This document shows positions 17,755 to 26,467 of a DNA stretch of 29,045 bases, in pieces. Numbering within the stretch: the first letter of the stretch is position 1; every line of letters begins with the position of its first letter. The notes below the pieces were generated by a model that made no database searches, was not told where the DNA came from, and saw only the letters and a list, made by a program, of their open reading frames with translations. Position numbers and translations under genes: made by a program. The DNA comes from Waddliaceae bacterium (GTDB taxonomy: Bacteria; Chlamydiota; Chlamydiia; Chlamydiales; SLOH01). The DNA is taken from the NCBI GenBank assembly GCA_040880105.1, contig JBBDJA010000011.1, positions 1 to 29,045 of the forward strand, in the 5' to 3' direction.

Positions 17755-18924
17755 TTAGTCGGCAGGATAAAGAACAATGATCGCGTGGTTTTTAAAAATT
17801 CCGGTCGGGATAGAGTTCACAAGCGCAAGAAAAGGATTCGAGTCGCCGGAGCGGTCTCTTAGTGCAATTGAAATCTCTTTTTCCTTTCCGGGCTCAAGAC
17901 TGTTAAGTCCTTGAGACCAGTCATCAAGACCCTCTTGGATAAACTCAGGGAAGTGTTGGATGACTTGCTCTGTCGACCAGCCAAGCCGCGCTTGCGCTTG
18001 TTGGTTGGAGAAGATCAGTTTTTTTTCTCTTTGAGAGTATAGTAGAACAATACCACTGCTTTCACTGCGCAGATTATCAAATAGACGTCTAAAATCTAGC
18101 GCATAATTATCGATCGGAAGGTTGCGCATACGAGGAGATGTCGCGCTAAAGGGGTGAGTATGGGTTGTTTTTTGGGCAGTTTCCACACATCTCTTAAGGA
18201 GTGCCTTTGCCTCATCAAGTGTGCTCACACGTCTAACAGGAGCACTTTGTTCATCTTCGACGTGAGGAATATGATAGGTCTGTGCCGACTCACTTACTTT
18301 CATTGCCTCTTTTTGGCCTGAAAAATTTTGGCCTGAGAAACTCGGTGCCGGAGCATCTGCCAGTTGAAGCAAGGTTTTAACTTCATAACTTAAGTCATGT
18401 ACGCGCCCTTCGAAATCGGAGATCTGCTTTTGTTTTTTGCGGATAATCTCCCGCTGTTCTTTAATCGATTGCGCATACTCATCGAGCATGATTTTTTGAT
18501 GATCAATTTCTGCGTTAAGCTGCTCTTTTGACTCTTTTAACTGATGTTCAAGCGCGCTGATTTTTTCATCGCTATGCTGCTTAGAATCATAAAGTCGTTT
18601 GAACTCCGACTCTTTTCCCTTAAGAGTCTCCTCGAGTTCCTCAATTTTTTTAGTCGCCTCACTAAGTTCAGCCTCTGTTTGTATTAAATGTTCCATTTGA
18701 GGGTGCGGCGCAGGAGATTGTTCTTTTCTTGGAACCTCTTCGAGGAACCGAGTCAAGTATGAATAGAGAGCTAAAGATCCAAGGGAGAGGAGGAGGAGTC
18801 CAACTCCAAGGGCGCTCCAGTTGCGTTCTGAGGAAAATAAGGGCAGTCGGTAAAGTATCGCTATTGCGAGAGGAAGAGAATAGAGACAAATGACAGTTCC
18901 CAGTAGGGATTGCCTCTTTGACAT
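17755..18924 (-). CDS. Membrane-anchored coiled-coil protein with a possible C-terminal PAS-like domain
   Basis: Two N-terminal hydrophobic helices, a long heptad region and DLSYEVKTLLQL. Its position between rpoD and rpsT is as recalled for a conserved chlamydial hypothetical protein. Confidence 0.7.
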   Translation of the reverse strand: MSKRQSLLGTVICLYSLPLAIAILYRLPLFSSERNWSALGVGLLLLSLGSLALYSYLTRFLEEVPRKEQSPAPHPQMEHLIQTEAELSEATKKIEELEETLKGKESEFKRLYDSKQHSDEKISALEHQLKESKEQLNAEIDHQKIMLDEYAQSIKEQREIIRKKQKQISDFEGRVHDLSYEVKTLLQLADAPAPSFSGQNFSGQKEAMKVSESAQTYHIPHVEDEQSAPVRRVSTLDEAKALLKRCVETAQKTTHTHPFSATSPRMRNLPIDNYALDFRRLFDNLRSESSGIVLLYSQREKKLIFSNQQAQARLGWSTEQVIQHFPEFIQEGLDDWSQGLNSLEPGKEKEISIALRDRSGDSNPFLALVNSIPTGIFKNHAIIVLYPAD

Positions 18925-18961
18925 ATGCCGAACCAGTATTAATTATTATTGCTTCATTATA

Positions 18962-19807
18962 CTAATTGGGGATTATTTCTAAAGAAATATCTACACCGCT
19001 GACAGAAAGATTTGGATGACACGGATCACTTGCGCTAATTGGCTCGATACAAACAAAGCGAGAATCCCTCGGATGATACAGCTGCCAGCAGTTTTCAGCC
19101 GATGTTGAACTGTATCTTGTGATCAATTGATGAGTGGATGTTTCAAGAGAAATTTCTCCCATTCTTGAGTTCGGTCGGGGGTGAAATGTGAAATCGGTGT
19201 GATCTTCTAAAGAATAATCAAGCGAAGATGTCTCAAGTACCTTTGTTTCCGAATGGTTTTTGATATAATTTTTATCGACTGTCGAAAAGACGCGCCCTTT
19301 TCCTTCGGGGAGCGCGTAGTAGTAATGGATCCCCACAAGAGAGTCGGTGTGGCTGACAACCGTTAATTTAATGTTGAGGAGAGCTCCTTTTAGCTCCACG
19401 TGCATTTCCATTTTGAAGTCCTGCCCTTCTAAATCCTTAAGGGGGATCCCATTTAATGTATCCTCTCCGGTTAAGGTTGCAGAGACGCTCTCTTTCGTTG
19501 CGGTCACATTCCATTTTGCATAGCGCGCGACACCGTGGGAAAACGGATCCCATTCTCCTGCTTCTTTTAATCCTTGAATGTGGGGAAAGAGTGACTGCTC
19601 AACCGGGGGAATGAGTTCTTTTTTTCTGCAAAGAAAGTGTGGCCCGATGAGCGGCCCAAGGCCGGCGCGATGACTTTCAAAGTTTTTTTTTGTCGTTTGA
19701 TCGATGACCTCGATACCAGAGCGTTTGAAACTTGCAAGCGTCATCCCCTCATCGGGAAGGAATGTCGCTTTAATCTCTTCATTTTCAAGTAATATTTCCA
19801 TACTCAA
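18962..19807 (-). CDS. Aldose 1-epimerase / galactose-mutarotase-fold protein
   Basis: FSHGVARY, GIHYYY and FVCIEP motifs. Confidence 0.75.
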   Translation of the reverse strand: MSMEILLENEEIKATFLPDEGMTLASFKRSGIEVIDQTTKKNFESHRAGLGPLIGPHFLCRKKELIPPVEQSLFPHIQGLKEAGEWDPFSHGVARYAKWNVTATKESVSATLTGEDTLNGIPLKDLEGQDFKMEMHVELKGALLNIKLTVVSHTDSLVGIHYYYALPEGKGRVFSTVDKNYIKNHSETKVLETSSLDYSLEDHTDFTFHPRPNSRMGEISLETSTHQLITRYSSTSAENCWQLYHPRDSRFVCIEPISASDPCHPNLSVSGVDISLEIIPN

Positions 19808-19841
19808 AAACGATACACAAGAGCGTTTAAAAAGTGAATGA

Positions 19842-20684
19842 TTAGCTGACGAGTCTTAAAAAAGCTGTGGGTATCGTGGAGGAAAAGGATTTGACGACAC
19901 CTGTTCTCGGATGTTTAAATTCCAAAAAGTAGGCGTGCAGCGCCATTCGCTTAATCGGGTTGGATTTGCTGCCGTATTTTTTGTCACCCACGACCGGATG
20001 GCCGGCATCGGCGCAGTGAACGCGGATTTGATTTTTTCTACCTGTTTCAAGGGTGAGGGTGAGTTGGCAAAAATGCCTGCCTTGCTTCTCCACTTGAAAA
20101 TGTGTGACTGCTCGGCGCCCTTTTTGCGTGTCGTATGTTGAGTGCATCACCAGTCTTGGATCTTCATAAAGATAAGATGTCCAAGTGCCGGACGGCTCCT
20201 TTAGATTTCCCTCGATGATTGCGGCATACTTTCGTTTAATGTCGTGGATTTCAAATGTTTTTTTAAGGGAATCTCTTGCGCGTTCATTGAGGGCAAACAT
20301 CATAATTCCCGACGTGTCTTCATCAAGTCGATGTACAATATGGACAGTATTGGGGTAGAACATTTTTTTCAGCGCGCCGTGAGCGGTGTGCTCGTGCTCG
20401 GTTTCGCTTGCCACGCTTAAGAGTTTAGCCGGCTTTTCTATAACAACAATGTCGCGATCTTGGTAAAGGACCTCAATGCCTTTGGAGATTCTTTGCCGCT
20501 TCTCATTGATCTGGATCTGATCTCCCACCTTGACTGTGTAGGTTGGGATTTTTACAGTTTTTCCTCCCACCACGACGCGCTCGTGTTTAATCCAGGAGCG
20601 CAGATTCGATTTCGATGTGTCGGGGAAAGCCTCTATAAGAGAGTCAAGAAGAGAGCAAGAGTGGGTGCATTGAAATTTTTTCAT
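19842..20684 (-). CDS. RluA/RluD-family RNA pseudouridine synthase with S4 domain
   Basis: IVVIEKPAKL, VHRLDEDTSG, LETGRKNQIRVH, GHPVVGDKKYG, MALHA. Confidence 0.95.
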   Translation of the reverse strand: MKKFQCTHSCSLLDSLIEAFPDTSKSNLRSWIKHERVVVGGKTVKIPTYTVKVGDQIQINEKRQRISKGIEVLYQDRDIVVIEKPAKLLSVASETEHEHTAHGALKKMFYPNTVHIVHRLDEDTSGIMMFALNERARDSLKKTFEIHDIKRKYAAIIEGNLKEPSGTWTSYLYEDPRLVMHSTYDTQKGRRAVTHFQVEKQGRHFCQLTLTLETGRKNQIRVHCADAGHPVVGDKKYGSKSNPIKRMALHAYFLEFKHPRTGVVKSFSSTIPTAFLRLVS

Positions 20685-20704
20685 TTATTGCACCCGAGTA
20701 TCAT

Positions 20705-20980
20705 TTATGCTTGTGCTGCTTTCGCAACTAGACGAGATTTCACTCTAGAACATTTGTTTTGCTTAAAAATGCCTCTTTTCACCCCTTTGTCCATCATGCT
20801 GTAGACTAAAGCAAGCGATTCATTGACATTTTCGTTTTTGCGCACGGCTTGCTCAAAATTACGAACCGCAGTTCTTACTTTTGATTTGAACATTTTGTTT
20901 TGCAAGCGACGCTTTTCATTTTGAATATCGCGTTTTTTTGCTGTCGGGATCTTTTTTTTCTTTTCGCTTTCTTTTGCCAT
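20705..20980 (-). CDS. rpsT: 30S ribosomal protein S20
   Basis: PTAKKRDIQNEKRRLQNK..KSKVRTAVR...DKGVKRGIFKQNKCSRVKSRL; ATG 20980 is preceded by GAGAGG. Confidence 0.96.
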   Translation of the reverse strand: MAKESEKKKKIPTAKKRDIQNEKRRLQNKMFKSKVRTAVRNFEQAVRKNENVNESLALVYSMMDKGVKRGIFKQNKCSRVKSRLVAKAAQA

Positions 20981-21007
20981 TGTTCCTCTCACATTTACTG
21001 GGCTAGA

Positions 21008-21036
21008 ATTATATAATTCTTAAGGAAATTCGTCAA
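21008..21036 (-). promoter_or_regulatory. Sigma70/sigma66-type promoter of rpsT
   Basis: TTGACG-N17-TATAAT on the minus strand upstream of rpsT; the -10 lies within the palindrome AGAATTATATAATTCT (21005-21020). Confidence 0.8.
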
Positions 21037-21094
21037 TTCTTTATATTATTCTTTAAATATGATATCATAAGTCATCTTTTTTAGAGGTAACTTT

Positions 21095-22693
21095 ATGAAG
21101 CGCTTTGTCTTTATTCTTCTTTTGCCTATTTGGTTATTTTGTCAGGTTCCGGACCTTACAACCCATATCCTTATGCGCGATGAGACAACGCTCCCGACAG
21201 ACTTCTACTTCCCTGATACGGAGAATAGGGCCCATTTACCGACAGTGCTTATCAGAAGTCCCTCCGGAAGAAAGTCGGAATTTCTCAAACCATTTTTAAA
21301 TTTGACAAAGGCCGGATACCTGGTAGTCGTGCAAAGTACGCGCAATGTCGAAGATCCTAAAGGCCGGACGTTTCCTTTTTTAACAGATGGATGGGGAGAG
21401 CAGCAAGATGGATACGACACACTGGAGTGGCTATCCAAAAGCGGATATACCAATGGAAAGGTCGGCACTGCCGGTGTTTCTGCGATGGGGATTACCCAGC
21501 TTCTTTTAGCTCCAACCGCTCACCCCTCTCTTGCCTTTCAACATATCGGATTTGCCCCGGCAAGTTTGTATCACCATGCAATTTTTCGCTCAGGCCAAGT
21601 GTATAAAAGTCAGGTAGAAGGATGGCTTGGATTTTACGCTCCCGATCCGGGCGTGCACAGCTTTGTGATCAATCAGCCGTTTTTTAATGAATTTTGGAAG
21701 CAGTTCGATACCACAACCGTGTCAGGTCGCGTGCAAACCCCGGCGCTTTTCATTGCCGGATGGTACGACACTTTTTTGAATGGAACTTTATCTGCTTTTC
21801 AGTCGCGTCAAAATGAAGGCGGAAAAGGGGCTAGAGGAAAACAGAGGCTTGTGATTGGGCCTTGGACCCATTTTTGGCCTAAGTCAATGCATTTTGGAGA
21901 TTTTGAAATCCCCCCCCTGGGCAATCAGCCCCCTATTGACATCTCGCCCAAGCCGTGGTTTGACTTTTATTTAAAAGGCATTGAAAACAGCATCACAAAG
22001 GCGCCGCCTGTGACATATTTTGTGATGGGGCCATTTGACGGCACACCATCATCGGGAAATGTTTGGAAATCATCTGATGTGTGGCCTCCAAAATCAAAAT
22101 CAACACCGTTCTATTTAACTAAAGATCACACGCTTACTCTGGAAGATCCGGTCGAAGGGTCGGTTTCTTTCACTTACGATCCATGTGATCCCGCCCCGAC
22201 ACTAGGAGGAAGAAACCTCTTTTTGGAGTCAGGACCCAAAGACCAGCGACCGATTGAAATGCGAGAAGATGTTTTGGTGTTTACTTCCGAGACCTTAACT
22301 CGCGATTTAGAGGTCACAGGCCAACTCTCTTTAAAACTACTGACCACATCAGATCAAGACGATACCGATATTGCGGTGCGTTTAACAGATGTCTATCCTG
22401 ATGGAAAAAGCATACTCGTTTCCGATGGAATCTTTCGCATCGGTCATGACTTTTGTATTGGGAAAGCAGTCTCTCCTATCGGATGTGATGTGACAATCGA
22501 CCTCGGTCCGACAAGTATGGTCTTTGCCAAGGGACACAAAATCCGCCTTTCGGTGACCGGTTCGAACTATCCTAGGTTTGAGAAGAATTTAAATATCGGG
22601 GTCGTTGGAGGGGACTGTGGGGCGGTAAGCCAAGCTGAGACAACGATACACATTGGATCCGACTCTGCACTCATCCTTCCGATTGTGGAGTAG
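21095..22693 (+). CDS. CocE/NonD-family serine hydrolase, probably exported
   Basis: MRD..L.TD.Y.P, DGYDTLEWL, GKVGTAGVSAMG nucleophile elbow, GWYD, GPWTH, and C-terminal domain FAKGHKIRLSVTGSNYPRF; hydrophobic leader. Confidence 0.9.
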   Translation: MKRFVFILLLPIWLFCQVPDLTTHILMRDETTLPTDFYFPDTENRAHLPTVLIRSPSGRKSEFLKPFLNLTKAGYLVVVQSTRNVEDPKGRTFPFLTDGWGEQQDGYDTLEWLSKSGYTNGKVGTAGVSAMGITQLLLAPTAHPSLAFQHIGFAPASLYHHAIFRSGQVYKSQVEGWLGFYAPDPGVHSFVINQPFFNEFWKQFDTTTVSGRVQTPALFIAGWYDTFLNGTLSAFQSRQNEGGKGARGKQRLVIGPWTHFWPKSMHFGDFEIPPLGNQPPIDISPKPWFDFYLKGIENSITKAPPVTYFVMGPFDGTPSSGNVWKSSDVWPPKSKSTPFYLTKDHTLTLEDPVEGSVSFTYDPCDPAPTLGGRNLFLESGPKDQRPIEMREDVLVFTSETLTRDLEVTGQLSLKLLTTSDQDDTDIAVRLTDVYPDGKSILVSDGIFRIGHDFCIGKAVSPIGCDVTIDLGPTSMVFAKGHKIRLSVTGSNYPRFEKNLNIGVVGGDCGAVSQAETTIHIGSDSALILPIVE

Positions 22694-22695
22694 AT

Positions 22696-23766
22696 TTAAA
22701 TTTTTAACTTCGCTTTCTCAAGTACTTTGTGGATATATTCTGAGCGCTTGTGAAGTAGGTCTTCGCTTTCAATATCCTTATCTCCGTACTGGTGCAGAAG
22801 GTGAGAGCGTCTGCAGTTGAAAAATAGAAGATTAATCTCTTTTGAAGTCACACCCGTTAACCAATTGAGAGAGGCTCCTAATTTCAGCAGGGCAAGCGCA
22901 TTTAGCGCTTCGACTGCTTCAATCTTATATGAATGCATCAAAATCCCAAATGCGCGGCTTACGCGGTCCATCAGGTCGGGATTTCCCTCTTTTTCAAGAT
23001 GAGAGCGCAGAGTCTTCTCTTCAACATGTAGCTTTGTTGCAAAAAGACGAAGGGAGGAGATAATATTCTCCTCAGTCATCCCATTGGTGAAATGATTGTA
23101 AATATGTAAGATGTCTCCGATGATCTCGCTTGGATCGCCTTGAAGTCCTGTGATGGCAATTTTTTCATTCCCAAGTTTCTCTAATGTCTCGTTAATTCTT
23201 CCGGTGTGGATCAGCGCAGAGGGCTGAAAAAAAAGAGAGAGAAGAAACGCAGTTCCGCATTGGCCGGGATCGGAAGTTAAAAAACCAAAATGAGGAGAAA
23301 AGGCAAAGTTAACTTTCTTTCCCAAGTTCATTTCGATTTTTACCATTTTGTTCCATGAGCTTTCGAGGTTTCCCGAGCAATCGATTAGTTCAAATTGGAT
23401 GTGGTTGTCCACATTGATGGTCGTTAAAAACTGTCCCGATGAATCGAGAATAAACGCCTCTCCCGAGTGCGCCTGCTGAAAGCCCTGCTGGCTTAGAAAG
23501 TGTTCAAAGAGATACTCCTTCTCCCTTGGAATAAGCTCATCCGATCTCAAAAGCACCGGTTTTTTTATTAACTTTTCTTTCAAGAGCTCATGGCTGACTA
23601 AAGAGATAACCTGCTCTCGTTTTTTTGGACCCAGTTTACTTGGGAAATGAAATTTATCGATATTTCTGCAAAGGCATAAAGTTGAGGCAAGCCAGATGTT
23701 ATTCTCGTTATTTGCCCAAGGCTTTTCCTGAAAAAGAACGGGATGGAGCTTATTTTTGTTTTCCAC
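22696..23766 (-). CDS. mcsB: McsB-like ATP:guanido phosphotransferase-fold protein
   Basis: Overall McsB layout (RNIDKFHFP, FAFSPHFGFLTSDP, DRVSRAFGILMHS, EALNALALLKLG); directly downstream of mcsA. Confidence 0.88.
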   Translation of the reverse strand: MENKNKLHPVLFQEKPWANNENNIWLASTLCLCRNIDKFHFPSKLGPKKREQVISLVSHELLKEKLIKKPVLLRSDELIPREKEYLFEHFLSQQGFQQAHSGEAFILDSSGQFLTTINVDNHIQFELIDCSGNLESSWNKMVKIEMNLGKKVNFAFSPHFGFLTSDPGQCGTAFLLSLFFQPSALIHTGRINETLEKLGNEKIAITGLQGDPSEIIGDILHIYNHFTNGMTEENIISSLRLFATKLHVEEKTLRSHLEKEGNPDLMDRVSRAFGILMHSYKIEAVEALNALALLKLGASLNWLTGVTSKEINLLFFNCRRSHLLHQYGDKDIESEDLLHKRSEYIHKVLEKAKLKI

Positions 23767-24322
23767 TTTCTTTTCCTTTGCTCTCTTTTGTTAATTCCTT
23801 AATCTGGTCCCGCAGCATCGCCGCTTGCTCATAATCCTCTCTTTTCAATGTGTCGTCTAAGGCTTCATTCAAAGCATGTATTCGAAGCGAGGGGCTCATC
23901 TCATGGATTTTTCCTGGAGACCTTCCGATATGAAGGGGAGTCGTTTTACTTTTTGTTTTTTTCGGTAGCTTGCCGTTCATCGTCAGTTGTTGGATGATGA
24001 TATCGGAAAATACCTCGTAGCAGACACTGCATCCTAAAGGGGATCCCATCTTTACAGGCTCAAGCGCCGTGCCGCACTCACCGCATTCAAGGCCGGTCTT
24101 TGTCTCTGTAAACTCCGCGACTTCTTCGTACCCATCTGATCCGAACATCTTCAGTTGCAGCTGTGGGCACTGGTCGCACATTCCAATATGCGTCATGTTT
24201 CCATTGACAATTTCAGAATAATGGACAGAAATGGGCCGTCTGCATTCACTGCATTCGACAGGCCTCTCAAGTTTCTCAGGGAAATTATCGTCTTTATGTT
24301 CATCTATCATATTTTGGATCAT
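23750..24322 (-). CDS. mcsA: McsA, zinc-finger / UVR-domain protein
   Basis: CSEC, CDQC, CGEC and LGCSVCYEVF; UVR motif EDYEQAAMLRDQI; true start may be ATG 24310. Confidence 0.92.
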   Translation of the reverse strand: MIQNMIDEHKDDNFPEKLERPVECSECRRPISVHYSEIVNGNMTHIGMCDQCPQLQLKMFGSDGYEEVAEFTETKTGLECGECGTALEPVKMGSPLGCSVCYEVFSDIIIQQLTMNGKLPKKTKSKTTPLHIGRSPGKIHEMSPSLRIHALNEALDDTLKREDYEQAAMLRDQIKELTKESKGKESGKQK

Positions 24323-24336
24323 AGCGGGAGGCTCGT

Positions 24337-24350
24337 TTTCTGTACAGAAA
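24337..24350. promoter_or_regulatory. Perfect 14-bp palindrome upstream of mcsA, candidate operator
   Basis: TTTCTGTACAGAAA, abutting a minus-strand TTGACA (24356-24351). Confidence 0.35.
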
Positions 24351-24479
24351 TGTCAAAAATAAGTTACTGTTTCGATTTCGCTAGCGTAGGTGATTGTGTA
24401 AGTTCGGGTGATTGAAGTATCAAATAATATCAAATTATTGTAAAAAATTTGATTCAACTGTGAATGTAAGGAGAATTTT

Positions 24480-25589
24480 TTGTTTCATCGTATAATCTTA
24501 GTCTCTCTAACCATCGCACTCCTTTTAGTTCAAGATGCCTATAGTAAAGATCGAAAAATTGCTTTAATTACTGGGATTACTGGTCAAGATGGAACCTATT
24601 TATCTGAGTTTTTAATAAGAAAGGGGTATGAAGTTCATGGAATCAAAAGACGACACTCTTTATCAAGTAAAACTCGTCTTGATTACCTGATTGAGGATTC
24701 AGATATTCAAAAAAATCATCAGCTTTATATACATGAGGGTGACGTCCTTGATAGTAGTTGCTTAAATCGACTTATATTAAAAATTCAACCAGATGAAGTG
24801 TATCATCTCGCTGCTCAAAGCCATGTACATGTGTCATTTGAGATACCTTTATACACTGCCGATGTTGACGCGTTGGGTACTGCGCGGCTATTAGAAGCCA
24901 TTCGAACAGCTGGATTAGAAAAGAAAACAAAATTTTATCAAGCATCCTCAAGTGAAATGTTTGGGAAAGTGCAAGAAGTCCCCCAAAACGAGAATACACC
25001 ATTCTACCCTCGTTCTCCTTATGGTGTGTCTAAGGTTTTTGCTTTCTGGATTACAAAGAATTATCGAGAATCTTATGGTATGTTCGCTAGTAATGGAATT
25101 CTTTTCAATCATGAATCCCCAATACGTGGAAAAGAATTTGTTACTCGAAAAATTGCTAAAGCAGTAGCTCGCATCAAATTTAATTTACAAGATGCATTGT
25201 ATTTGGGAAATTTGAATGCAAAAAGAGACTGGGGACATGCAAGGGATTATGTGGAAGCAATGTGGTTAATTTTACAACAAGATCAGCCAGATGATTTTGT
25301 TGTTGCAACAGGGGAATCGCACTCTGTCCGTGAGTTTGTCGAACTTGCTTTCCAGTATGTTGGGATAGAGATCCAATGGAAGGGGGAGGGACTCAATGAA
25401 ATCGGTTATAATACGGAAACAGGTCAGCCTCTGATATTTATTGATCCAATGTATTTTCGTCCAAATGAAGTAGAAAGTCTTCTAGGAGATGCTACAAAAG
25501 CAAAAAAAGTTCTGGGATGGAAATCGAAAATAAAATTTCATGAATTAGTTAAAGGTATGGTGGAGCATGAGATAGCAATGATACCATAA
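24480..25589 (+). CDS. gmd: GDP-mannose 4,6-dehydratase with a signal-peptide-like N-terminal extension
   Basis: [73 protein letters not shown] start with AAGGAG 6 nt upstream. Confidence 0.96.
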   Translation: MFHRIILVSLTIALLLVQDAYSKDRKIALITGITGQDGTYLSEFLIRKGYEVHGIKRRHSLSSKTRLDYLIEDSDIQKNHQLYIHEGDVLDSSCLNRLILKIQPDEVYHLAAQSHVHVSFEIPLYTADVDALGTARLLEAIRTAGLEKKTKFYQASSSEMFGKVQEVPQNENTPFYPRSPYGVSKVFAFWITKNYRESYGMFASNGILFNHESPIRGKEFVTRKIAKAVARIKFNLQDALYLGNLNAKRDWGHARDYVEAMWLILQQDQPDDFVVATGESHSVREFVELAFQYVGIEIQWKGEGLNEIGYNTETGQPLIFIDPMYFRPNEVESLLGDATKAKKVLGWKSKIKFHELVKGMVEHEIAMIP

Positions 25590-25648
25590 AAATCCCGAAA
25601 CTCATTGTTAAAAAGAGAAAGACACACATTCCCCAATAGGAGCAAACT

Positions 25649-26467
25649 ATGACTTGTCGATTGTTTTGTATTATGTTTTTTTTAATTGCACCCTACAAAT
25701 CTTTTTCTGAGGATAAAGTTTTAAAAAAATTAGATTTTCAAAACATTTTGCTGGTTATAAACTTTAATTCCCATCATTACAGTAATATTGATTTTCTTAA
25801 AGAAATTTATTCTTCAGCATTTCCAAACATCGTGTTCTATGGATCTGGAAAAGATCCTAGGGTAATACAAATTTCAGATTATAGAGGATTTTATAATCAT
25901 GGATCACTTGTAGATGCTATGAATAGGTTTCCTAATTATGCAGGATATTTATTTGTTCAAGATGACTGCTTCTTTAATTATTGGAATTTTGATCGACTAA
26001 ATAAGGATAAAATCTGGTTCCACAGCAAGTTGTTTATTGAGTCATTAGATGTAGTAAATATGAAGTGGAACTGGTGGAATCAAGTTTTTGGAAGAAGAGC
26101 AGCAATTGAGGCCATCAAAAAACTCCCAAAAAAATATATAGAAATTCTCAACCTTAATTTAGGAAAATACCGTGTGGCATTTGCTTGGTCTGATTTATTC
26201 TATGTACCTAGAAGATTACGTAAAAATTATATAGAAGTAGCAAAATGTTTCTTAAACCCGAAGGTATTCTGTGAAATTGCCATCCCAACAATTTTATGCT
26301 CTTTAGACTCAATACAAGAATGGGAAAACTTGAATGTTGTATGGGGTAAGAGCCTTGAACATTATACACCTGATATAGATTGGTTTCATCCGATTAAATT
26401 TTCCTCTAGGGAAAATCGCGAATTTATCCGTCAAATTGTTTCAAATTATGGATTGCTCTGTGAATAA
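25649..26467 (+). CDS. Putative glycosyltransferase resembling the C-terminal half of STELLO/DUF288 proteins; signal peptide
   Basis: ILLVINFN...Y...F.NIVFYG, YAGYLFVQDDCFFNYWNF, DKIW, SDLFYVP, VFCEIAIPTI, HPIK; AGGAG upstream. Confidence 0.7.
   Translation: MTCRLFCIMFFLIAPYKSFSEDKVLKKLDFQNILLVINFNSHHYSNIDFLKEIYSSAFPNIVFYGSGKDPRVIQISDYRGFYNHGSLVDAMNRFPNYAGYLFVQDDCFFNYWNFDRLNKDKIWFHSKLFIESLDVVNMKWNWWNQVFGRRAAIEAIKKLPKKYIEILNLNLGKYRVAFAWSDLFYVPRRLRKNYIEVAKCFLNPKVFCEIAIPTILCSLDSIQEWENLNVVWGKSLEHYTPDIDWFHPIKFSSRENREFIRQIVSNYGLLCE

Noticed and set aside
18311..18340. 15-bp tandem duplication (FSGQNFSGQK)
   Set aside because: In-frame micro-duplication in a linker; no sign of wider meaning.
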